NCBI GenBank assembly: GCA_039096225.1
Contig: JBBPEB010000007.1
Coordinates: forward strand, 868,001 to 932,000
DNA: 64,000 bases
Reading direction: 5' to 3'
From: Blastocystis sp. Blastoise
Taxonomy: Eukaryota; Protista; Bigyra: Opalinata
Below, one piece after another: positions 1-15,555 of the stretch. The translations under genes were made by a program, and so were the position numbers. Position 1 is the stretch's first letter, and the number at the start of each line of letters is the position of its first letter. Below the pieces are notes generated by a model that worked only from the letters and a program-made list of their open reading frames with translations, was not told the DNA's origin and searched no databases.

Positions 1-203
1 TTATTGGTAGTCACATTGATCAAGTACCCCAAGAAATAAGTGATAAAGTTCATTCAGAGGTCACTAACTGGTGCATTGACCATCAATTTGAATATGTTCC
101 CGCCAATTTATTAACTCCATTAGAAAGTATATATTAATATTATTATTTTTTATTATTTTTTATTATTTTTTATTATTTTTTATTATTTTTTATTATTTTT
201 TAT

Positions 204-245
<42 letters not shown>

Positions 246-530
246 CAAAAGACTTTAGAGAAAAAGAAGGAGTTGCTCGTGTATCTGAATGTCTTGATGT
301 TGTTTTGTGGGAAAATCTACAAAAACATGGTATATACATATATATATACTTTTGTTTTTTATATTTCTATATATATATAATATATATAATAGATGCTACT
401 ACTACTACTACTAGTGTTACTCCTCTTTCCCTCTCTCCAAAACCTCTTGAAGAAGTCAAAGTTTACTGCTATAACTGTAATAAAATTGAAACTGATAATA
501 AATTTAAAGTTTGTTCTCGCTGTCGAATAG

Positions 531-615
<85 letters not shown>

Positions 616-1734
616 GGTTTATTTTATTTTTCCTTCTTTTGTTATAATATATTTTATAAATCATTAAACACTTTGTATACCAAAGAAATATCTATTTTAT
701 GTTATACTATGATAGATGTTTATACTATATATGCTATATACACTATATACACTATATACTCTATATACTTTATATACTCTATATATGCTATATACACTAT
801 ATACTCTATATACTTTATATACTCTATATATACTCTATATACTCTATACTCTATATACACTATATACTCTATATATACTCTATATTATACATTATATATA
901 TAGTTATTGTAGTAAGGAATGTCAAGTAGCCCATTGGCGTATTCATAAGTCTCAATGTATATCTCCAGAAGAGAAGAAGAAGAAGGAAGAAGGAAATATG
1001 AATGATCCTTTTGATATGAACTCATTAGCTATATCCTTATATTATATATATAAACAAAAATTGTTTGTAATAAAAATTAATTACTATAGCTTAATATTTA
1101 CACATTTTTTTTATCAATATATATTTTTATTTTTCTTTAACTATATACTCTGCGAGCAAAAAAGCTTCTCAAGCAGGAATGAGTGAAGGTATCATTTTTA
1201 TTCTATACATATATAGTATCCTGTATATATAATATTATATATATAGAAGAAAAGAAACAAGAGAATGATATGGATAGTTTCTTAAACATTATGGAAAAAG
1301 CTAGAAGAGTATATATATATAAATATTCTTATTATTGTATATTCATTATATATGTAGAATACTTTTATTTTCTTCATTTAATATAATATAATATAATATA
1401 ATATAATATAATATAATATAATATAATATAATATAATATAATATAATATAATATAATATAATATAATATAATATAATATAATATAATATAATATAATATA
1501 ATATAATATAATATAATATAATATAATATAATATAATATAATATAATATAATATAATATAATATAATATAATAATTATATAAAGACTAAGCAAGAAGCAC
1601 ATACGTTGCCTGATGATGAACGTAAGAAACGTGCTGCAAAGATGACTTTAGAAATTATGAAGAATTTAGGAATAGGAAATCAAGAAGAAATAGAAGAAGA
1701 ATTTAATGGTATATTAAAAGATTTAGAAGATTAA
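1..1734 (+). CDS. AAGAB: Alpha/gamma-adaptin-binding protein p34 (AAGAB-like) with inserted MYND zinc finger; 5'-partial, multi-exon
   Basis: Manual splicing gives ...TNWCIDHQFEYV...EKEGVARVSECLDVVLWENL... (Adaptin_binding-like), then CYNC..CSRC..YCSKECQVAHWRIHKSQC (MYND). The C-terminus is MDSFLNIMEKARRTKQEAHTLPDDERKKRAAKMTLEIMKNLG (AAGAB C-terminal motif). Stop TAA at 1732-1734. Confidence 0.8.
1031..1148 (+). other. U12-type (minor spliceosome) AT-AC intron
   Basis: 5' ATATCCTT at 1031, branch-like TTCTTTAAC at 1133-1141, terminal AC at 1147-1148. Removal joins ...NSLA|SASKKASQ in frame. Confidence 0.85.
1381..1575. repeat. (ATATA/TATAA)n pentamer microsatellite inside last AAGAB intron
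   Basis: Uninterrupted atata repeat seen directly. Confidence 0.95.
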
Positions 1735-2219
1735 TTAATAGAATTACTATCAGTTTTCATGGATATTCATTTTATTTTTATTAATATTTATTTAAAAATA
1801 TTTTTTCTACTATATTTTTTTCTCCAAATTAGTTTCATAGTTATTGACTTAACTTGTTATTGTTTTATTATTTTTATACATCGATTTTCTTTTCTGTATA
1901 AATGCATAAAATGAATTCTCTATACTAAATCTACTAATTAATATTACTCATAACAAATAACAATACTCACAAAAAACATCTTCATTTTTGTTATTTTTTT
2001 ATCTTATTATTAAAATGATATTAATCTCATTCTTCTTCATATAGTTGTTACACTCTTTTATTCTTTCTTCTCAACAAAACATTTTTTATTTGAATCGACT
2101 TCATTTATTTTTTATTTTGTCATTTCATAACTCTAATATAGATTGAATAACATACATATTCTTATACATAATGAATCTAATAAAGAATACTTTAAAAACT
2201 CTATAACCTTTTCTCAATC

Positions 2220-2234
2220 CACTATGGACATTTT
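2220..2234 (+). repeat. Left TIR of CACTA element
   Basis: CACTATGGACATTTT, exact reverse complement of 11037-11051. Confidence 0.9.
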
Positions 2235-2244
2235 TTCAGGTTTC

Positions 2245-2452
2245 TGTCAAAAGGTCCAACGACTTTTTTGTTTTGGTTTCCCCAGTGGTGAGCAGTGAAA
2301 ATTTTTAAATATGTAGCTGACAAAAGGTTATTTGATTTTTCTGTTTGGTTTCCCCAGTGGTGGAGCAGTGAAAAAATTTTAAAGGGTAGCTGACAAAAGG
2401 TCCAACGACTTTTTTGCTTTGGTTTCCCCAGTGGTGAGCAGTGAAATTTTTT
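2245..2452. repeat. Subterminal tandem repeat, ~3 x 73 bp
   Basis: CAAAAGGT...TTTGGTTTCCCCAGTGGTG(G)AGCAGTGAAA units start at 2248, 2321 and 2394. Confidence 0.9.
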
Positions 2453-2613
2453 GTCAGAGTTTCAGTGATTTTATAAAATCGAAAAGCAGTGCAAAAGTAT
2501 GACGCACCTTAAAACAATAATTGGCGAATAAAAATGGTTTTAAATATTCTCTATTTTTTCATTTATTGGCTTTTTTTATTCTTTTTGTGGTGTAATAATA
2601 AACGATATAACAA

Positions 2614-2621
2614 AACAAACA
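2614..2621 (-). promoter_or_regulatory. TGTTTGTT motif (Blastocystis-type downstream polyadenylation signal), candidate 3' end of the 2626-3460 transcript
   Basis: Plus-strand AACAAACA at 2614-2621 lies ~130 nt past the GC-richer part of the last exon. Short motif, could be chance. Confidence 0.4.
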
Positions 2622-2625
2622 AATT

Positions 2626-3460
2626 AAATATTATCAAATAATCATAAAAACAAATAATAGAAAACAATAATAATAAATATATAAAAAAAAGATAATAAAA
2701 CATATAATAAATAATATAATAAAATATATATAATATTTAATTTATAATATTTCAACCAGGACAGTTTCAGTCTTTAATTTGCATTTAAGCCTAACCAACC
2801 TATATAAAGAGATGATATTAGTTAAGTATTACTAATAATAATATATATATAACATTTTAAAATAATAATAAAATAAAAAATATATACCTTTTCTAATCAT
2901 TACAAGACAGGCAAGGAATCAAAGACAAAGAACCATCCTATAAAAGATATATGATAAATAGTATAATGAATAAAACAATATAATTAAATATATATATATA
3001 CTTTTTATAAACCATTCTCCAATTGGCCAACAACGACAGCAACAGAACTTATGGAAACCTATATAAAGATAGAGTGAGTTGTAGAATATAATAATATATG
3101 ATATAATAAAATAATATAGAATAATAAAATATAAATATATACATTACTCCTATATAAATATAAAGTGGGGTTAGTTATATAATATGTAATAGATAATATA
3201 GATATATATGTACCTTTTATTCATGTTGATTCCCTTCATTCTAGACCCAAGCAGCATAACTATAAAAATAATTAGAAAAAGAAATATATATATATATACC
3301 TATAAGAGAACCATAACCACACACAAGAAGGAGCAGAACACTTAAGGAGACCAGGAATAGCCACAGCAAGAAGCAGAGACAGCTACTATAGAAAAATGAA
3401 TGAATAGAGTAGAAAAAATAAAATATAAAGAAACAGCAAACACCTACCATCATAATAGTA
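2626..3460 (-). ncRNA. Putative 7-exon spliced non-coding (or micropeptide) transcript
   Basis: GC-richer blocks are bounded by canonical tag|...|gta sites: exon 1 ending at 3448, then 3382-3300, 3259-3214, 3149-3143 (7 nt), 3058-3002, 2937-2888 and from 2799 onward. The ORF from the exon-1 ATG is only ~35 aa. Confidence 0.55.
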
Positions 3461-5292
3461 TCATATGATATGAAATAAAGTAATAATTTAATAATACATC
3501 ATTATAATGATATAAGATATAATAAAATAAATATGTGATAAGTCATGTAGGATTTTGTTTTGTTATAAAAGGGTGTAATAGGAATTTAGAAGATATAGCT
3601 GAAATAATGAAAATAAACATGAATAATCTCATATCTACTAAATATAGAGAATCTTCATCATAAATAAAATGAATGGTTAAGAATAAAAGAGAAAGAGAAA
3701 TTTTATTTCTATGAGGAAAATGGATATTGTTATTGTTATTTTCAATTTATCCTAATTATTATTAATACTATAAAAAATGTTTTATTTTAAAGAATTATAT
3801 ATTTATTTATCATTATAATGTTTTATAATTAGTTTAGACGACAGAAGAGTCATTTTTATAGTTAATTATCAAAATTATTCTTAGTATCACTTTGTAAGTA
3901 TAACTTATTTTTTAAATAAACCTAGGCTATAATACAGACTTATAGAGAAGACCCTGAGACTTCTAATCCCAAAACAAAAGTGATTCATATAATTCAGAAT
4001 GATTGTCTGAATCTTCATTTAGAGTATTAATTTGAGTCACATACTTTCAATAAAATGATTAAATAAAGAGAAAGATGATAAAAAAGGTCTAGAGTCAAAA
4101 TTGTTATGAAATATCAACTTTTTAATCTATTTGTGTAGATTTTCAATTATTTTAATATCATAATATGACTGAAAAGAAACAAAAAACATTTTAAAGTCAA
4201 TTAAGTCAACAATTGTAATCAAGTAAAAGTCTTTTAAAACCTCTTCATAAACTCAAAACGTATAGAGTGAGTGTTTTCCAGTTAAAATAATGTTTATTGT
4301 TACAATAATATCAAAAACAAATCAAATTATTATTTTATAATTACTCAAGAACAACTTTTTCTATCAACTAAGGACTCATAGCTATCAAATATGCATATGA
4401 ATAAGCAAAAATAATATTTTGTATATTTTTAATTGAAAAGTCAGAATCGTGTTGATAGTTTACTATAAAACAAATGCAAAAATCACTTTTTTATCAAAAA
4501 AATGTTTAATCTCATTAATCGTTATATTCATGATTTATTCATTGTCTACTTACCGTGTTTAATCATCTTCAGTGATTTTTAGTGAAACTAAAATTATTTC
4601 AAATATATATTTTATTTTCAATAATAACAGAAACGTCTCATATTGCATATTTAGTGTCTAAATGAAGTTTAAACATGACAGTGATATCAATTAATCAAAA
4701 ATTATAAAATATAAAGAATCTCCATTTTTATGACTTGTCTTAAATCATGTTAAGAGTAAATGAATGAATAGTTTCATTAGTCATCTGTATGATTTTAGTA
4801 TTATTTTCAAAATATTTTGTTTTTTAACAAGAATAAATTCTTAATTTATTGTTTATCAAGTCAAAAATGTATTTAAATGATTTTTTTCTACTGTACAAGG
4901 ATACACTGATCATATGAAAAAAAATTGCACAGAATCTTTTGATAATCTATTTTTGAAAAATATAATTATTTTTTGGAACTAAACTAATATTTTACGTATA
5001 AACATTATAAAATCTCCTGAACAATCTTTTGAGAAGATTCTGTGTTCGACAATACACTTAATTAAGTAATTGATAATTGTTGGAATATTTTTGTATTGAA
5101 TAAACTGTTTTGAATGTTTCTATGAATCATCTATATACAACTAATACATTTAATGATTAAATAAATACACATATAAAGAAAAAAATAGTAATTAACATAA
5201 TTGATCTTCACCTCTCTGAATATATATTTTTTGAAAATCTTATACAATATGAATATTAAAACCTATATATACATAAAATAGTTATATAAACG

Positions 5293-5361
5293 ACCTTAAG
5301 ACAGGAATTGAACCTGTTTTCAATCATAAATTGATTGAAACTTACCAATTTAAGCTTAAGG
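5293..5361 (-). ncRNA. tRNA-like cloverleaf RNA with non-canonical geometry (69 nt)
   Basis: CCTTAAG-CTTA(AATTGG)TAAG-TTTCAATCA(ATTTA)TGATTGAAA-ACAGG(TTCAATT)CCTGT-CTTAAGG-T. Stems of 7/4/9/5 bp, all Watson-Crick. D-loop GG and B-box GGTTCAATTCC present. Confidence 0.8.
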
Positions 5362-9430
<4,069 letters not shown>

Positions 9431-9436
9431 AGATAA

Positions 9437-9467
<31 letters not shown>

Positions 9468-11036
9468 ACATACCTAATAGAAAAAAATGAATTTGGTGAT
9501 GTTGAGTCATAGGGAAAGATAACCAACAGAAACAGTAGAAAACAACCTAAATAAATAAATAATAATAAATAAAAATATAAAAATAATGAAAATAAATAAT
9601 AAAATGAATTAGAATTCTAATTCAAGAAAAAAAAAAGAAAGTTAATAATAGATAGAATGAATATACGATAAGTATTTTATCATATAATATTACAGCAATA
9701 TAAAAAATAAAAAGATAAGAGATAATTATAAAAATAAATAAATACATATATACTTTGAAAACAGTTTGACATCATAGACGTTGTTGACATGGACTGAAGA
9801 GGACTCTTATAACCACGGACGAGCAGGAACCTATACATGCTAGAGAATGGGAGAATGTTAATATGGGTAAAGAATAAAAAATAGCAATATACATACAAGG
9901 GAACAGTCTGAAGTTAAAATGAGCTTCTATTTTTAAAAATAAAGGCAAATAAAAATAGAATAAAAATAAAAAAAATATGTAACAAATGAAATATTTTCTA
10001 AGTCAATAGGCTCAATAGCGTATGGGTGTCTTCAGGTCTTAAAAGAAAAATCATTTTTGCGGGAATATCAAGAAATTCAAAAAAGTATATTTTCCCTCCT
10101 TTTTTCGCTGTCACTTTTTTTTAATATTTTTGACTTTATAGTATTAAAATCGATTCTTACAGGCATGTATAGACACTTTATACCACTTTTGAAACTAAAA
10201 ATCAAATATTCAAAAATGAGTGAAAAATCACAACAAGCAAGAAAAACAATTTTGTAAGCTGAGTATGTTGTGTATAAGTATGTCTAACAACAGAGATGAT
10301 AAAAACGCACAACTCCTCTTGGTTTAGGACATAATTATGAATTCTCTTAAAAAAGCTATTTTAAACCTTAAAACGATACCCTGAACTATAAATCAAGTCC
10401 TGAATGATATTCTAAAGTCATATTTTTAAAAACAGGTTTATTGACGATAATCAATAAACAAAAACAAGAGCTTCTGTTTTACTTTTCTTTTTTGAATTTT
10501 TAATTGTTTTGACTTTCTAGGGTAGTTGGCTAAAAGAATGCTGTCGTCTTTAGGCTAAAAAATTATGAATAAAAAAGTCAAGTCATTTTATTGTTTTTTC
10601 CTTGGGAAATCAAAAAGAAGAAATTTTTAGGTGTGTGTTGATTTAGGCTGTATAATGGTTTATATTGTAAAAGGACTTGACGAGAATGATTGAAATGATA
10701 ATATATCACTCAGAGAATACACAAATTTTAAAAACTTCTCACTCATGTAATCCATTCTGAATTATAGACTTCAGAGAAAAAATTAAAGTCTTTTTGGTTT
10801 TAAACAGTCATTTTAAATCATAAAACACTGTAAAATAGTCAATATTTAGAATGTCTATGATTATATAAATAAACAATATATTTTGTAGAGTTATTTTTAA
10901 GTTTTTCTCGTCAAAAAGAGAGAAACTTGACAAGTTGGCGGACACTCTTTTCTCGAGTTTAGGCCAACGTATTTTTGATTAAAAAACCCCAGTCATTTTG
11001 TTGTTTCTCTTACGGGAAATAGGGTCAAAAAAACAC

Positions 11037-11051
11037 AAAATGTCCATAGTG
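11037..11051 (-). repeat. Right TIR of CACTA element
   Basis: AAAATGTCCATAGTG, ending in TAGTG. Confidence 0.9.
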
Positions 11052-11599
11052 TCCGCAAATTTTTATTGATATGAATCTTATATAGCATTCACTAGATATC
11101 TATACTTTTACTTTTCTTCTTGTTTTCTGCAAAAGTCTATTAGGAATTCAATAAAAACACCGATTAGAAGACTCTTGACTTTCTACTTATCAATTCTTCA
11201 TTCTCACAATGAAGAAGAGATTCATGACATATATATATATATATATATATGTTAATAGAAATCATAATATCTATGAAAATAGGAATAAAAGGCGAAAGAA
11301 CCCTCAAAAAGCGGTATAAAAGGAACTCTCCACAATTAATCAGAAAACGAATGGAGTGTCATCATTTCGAAGATATTTTAATTCTATAAGAACATTATAT
11401 GAAACTTTACACAATTCTATCTTAATAAAAATAAGATTCCCATGATTTAAGCCCAAGAAAGCCTCGTTTAATGGTAAATTACCATGGTTCTATGATTCCT
11501 TTTGAGAAAAATGTCAGGTTGTTAAAACACATAAAGAAAGACCTTGATTTCTTTTGATATTGAGTAGTATTATAATTGATTTACAAGTAAATTATAACG

Positions 11600-12364
11600 A
11601 TGGGCTACTATACTGATTGGTTTAATAAAAAGAAGTCAAGAACGCAAGTAATGGCGTATCTGTATATATCTATCGTGATTGATATTGCTGGATACTCTCT
11701 TCTCATTCCACTTGTTCCATATATTGTCACAGAACTTCAAGGAGGCAGTATTGAAGTTGGTATTTGTTTTAGTGGCTATGCTATTTGTCAATTAATCAGT
11801 ATATACTAGTTTATATATATATTTTTTTATATATTTTTTGTTGTGATCTATTATTTAATTATACAATTCTAGTATTCACAATATATATATTTTTTCTTTT
11901 TTAGGTTCCTTTGTTTTCGGCCGTATTTCTGATAAATACGGAAGAAGACCATGTCTCTTAATTTGTTTTGTTGGTCAGTGTATTGGTACACTTGTTCAAG
12001 CAAATTCTCATAATATATGGTTGTATGTAACTGCTAGAGTTCTAACTGGATTATTCGATAATTCATTCACTCTATGTCAATCGTATATATATTAGTAATA
12101 GTATATTAGTTGTGTTAATTTATTATATTATTATATTTATTATATTCATTATTATATATTTTTATTATTAATATAATTATATATACTTGTATTGCAGATT
12201 TAACAAATCTTTCTGAAAGAGCTACTTATCTTGCTCAAGTAGATGCCGTTTACTCCTGTGGGTTCGTCATTGGACCTGTCATTGGGGGTATATTATCAAA
12301 TATATCTCTTATTTTATCCGAGTATATATAATATAGTATATTTTATTTATTATTTAATATGTAA

Positions 12365-12403
<39 letters not shown>

Positions 12404-14346
12404 TATTGTGCAGTTGGTTTCTTTATTTTATCTTCAGTTTTTGCTTATTTAACACTGAATGAAACTATGAAGTTTGCTATTGAACGAAATAGTATTAAAA
12501 ACAGTATTAAAGTAGCCAATCGAAATCAAGATAGTATGTACTGATTTTATTCTATTTTATTCTATTATTTTGTTTTTATTTCTTATTTTTTATTTTTATT
12601 TATATATATAGTTGTAGAAGCTGAAATTCAAAAGAATAAACTAGAAAACTTGAATACAATGGGTATATATATTTTGTTTTGATCTTATTTATATACAATA
12701 TATATATAGTTTCACATAATAAGAGTAATTCAAAAATCAGATTAAATATTTTTATTGTATATGTTTATTATTTATATATTTATTTTTTATTTATTTTATT
12801 TTGTAAACGAATTTAATTCTTTTTATCTGTAGATATTGGCTGTTGTTGAAGAATTCTGTAATAAATGGGTACTTAGCGCCAATGACACGTGCTTTGGATT
12901 GTTCGGAGAACAAAAATTTGGACTCACTTCACTTGTATACAGGTAATCTATATATATTTTTATTTTTATGTTATTTTTAGTTTTATTCTTATTTTTATGT
13001 TATTTATGTTTAGTTTTATTTTTAGTTTATTTTTATGTTATTTGTATTTTTATTCTTATTTTTATGTTATTTTTATGACTACTTTTTTCAAAGTATTTTA
13101 TTCATATATATATATATAGTTTAACAAATGCAGGTGAAGGATTTTTAAATGTAATACAACAAAGTTGGATATATGATTTCTTCTTAAATAAACTAAATCT
13201 TCCTCTTACTTCTATTCTTATTCTTGGAGGACTTCTTGATGGTATAGATATATTAGTATTACTCTATATTTTTTAGATAATACTTTTTTAAAGATTTCTT
13301 CTTCTCATATATTTTCTTTATATTAATTATTATTACATAACTAAATTATCATATATATATATATAGTTGTAGCTGTCTTTGTAGTTGCTTTTGCTCCTAA
13401 TCTTCCGGTTGCTATATTTGGTATATTCCTCATGATTGGCGGGTATGGATTCGCATCTCCAGGCGCTCCCTCTATAGTCTCTGTATATACTCTATTATTA
13501 TTCACTATTCTGTTATTTATATACTCTATTATTATTCACTATTCTGTTATTTATATATTCTATTATTATTCACTATTTTATTATTCATTATATATACTCT
13601 TATTATTCACTATTCTGTTATTTATATATTCTGTTATTATTCACTATTCTATTATTCATTATATATTCTTTTATTATTTATTATTCTATTACTCATTATA
13701 TATACTTTCACTATTCTATTATTCATTATATATACTTTTATTATTCTATTATTATTTATTCTATATATAGACGGAATCAGATGCTGATTCTCAAGGTCAG
13801 GCTCTTGCTATAGTTCAATTTGGCGGGCAATGTGCATTAGGCGCGGGTCCTCTTATTTTAGGAGCACTCTATGACGTTAAACCAGAACTACCTTTCTTAA
13901 TTTCATCTATATTTGGTATGTATATCATATATATATATATATATAAAACAAATAGTATAAGTACTCTAGTTATATATCATTTTATCTTATTTAAATATTA
14001 ACTTTATTTCTTTCTAGGCTTTTTATTAATTATTTTAATGATAATAATTCGTCGATTACCAGGTGGTAAATATGTTGGTGTTGTTCCTACTTCTGAAGCA
14101 GTAATGGATAGCCTTGTTAATAGTACTAAGAATATAGGTGATAAGGATGTAGAATTATCGAAGATGAATATAATTAAGAATAATGAAGATGATACAGTTC
14201 TTCAAGCAATTACTCCTGTAAATCATTATTCTAGAGACTCTGATGAAATTAATAATGTTGAACCTTATTCACAAAATCTTTTGGATACAAGTGCTATTGA
14301 TACACCTTTTATTCCTTCTCCTTTCAGAGAAGACGACTATATTTAA
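11600..14346 (+). CDS. Major facilitator superfamily transporter, TetA/DHA1-like, multi-exon
   Basis: IDIAGYSLLIPLVPYI, motif A FGRISDKYGRRP, ARVLTG, IADLTNLSERA, GFVIGPVIGGIL, QGQALA...GPLILGALY. Confidence 0.9.
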
Positions 14347-15555
14347 GCTTATCGTTCAAAATATATATTTCTATTTTTATTATTTCATGTTTCTTCTATA
14401 AGAATGTAATCTTACTGATTTTATCCAATGTATTTCATCCATTCACTCTTTACGTAGTGTTCCTCCTTATTTATATATTCTTTTTCCATTTATATGTATC
14501 CTATTTACTTTTACTTCGTCTTGTTCTATGTTTTCTTATTTCTATATTCTTTTAAATAAGTAACTTTTGTGTATTTGTTCTAAAAACGTAGTTTTGTATT
14601 ACTTATATCAACTAATTGAATATTATCATTACTTTTACATGACTATTTAGCACAATATCAACACTTTTAAAACAAATAATGAAAAAGAAATTTCAACCAA
14701 ATTCAGAAGCAACAAATCAAGATGAAAATTTTGTAGTTTCAAAATATTTCTTTTTATTATGAAGTCATCTTTCAATCATGAATTGCTCATATTAGCATTA
14801 ATCAATTGAACCGGAGTATTATCGTTTATGCATGCCATTAGCTTAGGATAGGAAACTCACTACTGATGAAGGTATACATTTTTTTATTTTCCTATTGTTT
14901 TATTTATTTTGAAATGCAATACTCGTTCAAAAATGTAAAGCAGATATATTACATTTTTATTTTATTATTGCTAGAGCATTATTATAAATATTATTATAAT
15001 AGCTTATATTAGTTTTTTATGCTATTCAAATATTTATACTCATATTTCTATAGTTAAAAAAGTATGAAATACCCTTTATCGAAAGATAATAAAATTTGAA
15101 AAACTTTTATCATTGCTATTTTTTATGTGACTCTTCTTAGATTTATTTCTACTCGTACATATTGATTGTTTCAATATATATTCAAACTTTGTTTTTGTAT
15201 TCAGTTGTGATTTCTATCATTTTTATTACCCAGTTTACTGTTTGTTGTTAATTTTTTTATTTTTCTGATCATCCTATATTCTTTTTTTTTCTTATTGAGT
15301 TTAGCCTTTTTTGAAATTGTCAGTAATCCAAGAAAGAAAAAAAAGAGAAAAGGAGAATTTTAGATATCCTCATGAAAAGAAAGAATCGTGAAAAAATATA
15401 TTTTTTAAGTAGACTCCACTAAATATCCTAGAATATTGAAAAATGGAGAAAAAAAGTGTTCTCATGTGCAAACATGCATTTCTTTCTAAAACAGTTTCTT
15501 GTTTGTTTTCGTTTATATAATTTGTTTCTAATTGTCTTCTATTTGTTTCACACCT

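Noticed and set aside
2245-2452. CRISPR-like array
   Set aside because: Eukaryotic context; the 'spacers' are themselves repeated; explained as transposon subterminal repeats.
4928-5044. 11-bp inverted repeat CACAGAATCTT/AAGATTCTGTG
   Set aside because: Short, no TSD, and the interior does not pair convincingly.
5293-5361. Reading the cloverleaf as tRNA-Lys(UUU) or a UAA suppressor
   Set aside because: A 7-nt loop would place A at position 33, TTA cannot be centred in a paired stem, and the connector nucleotides are absent.
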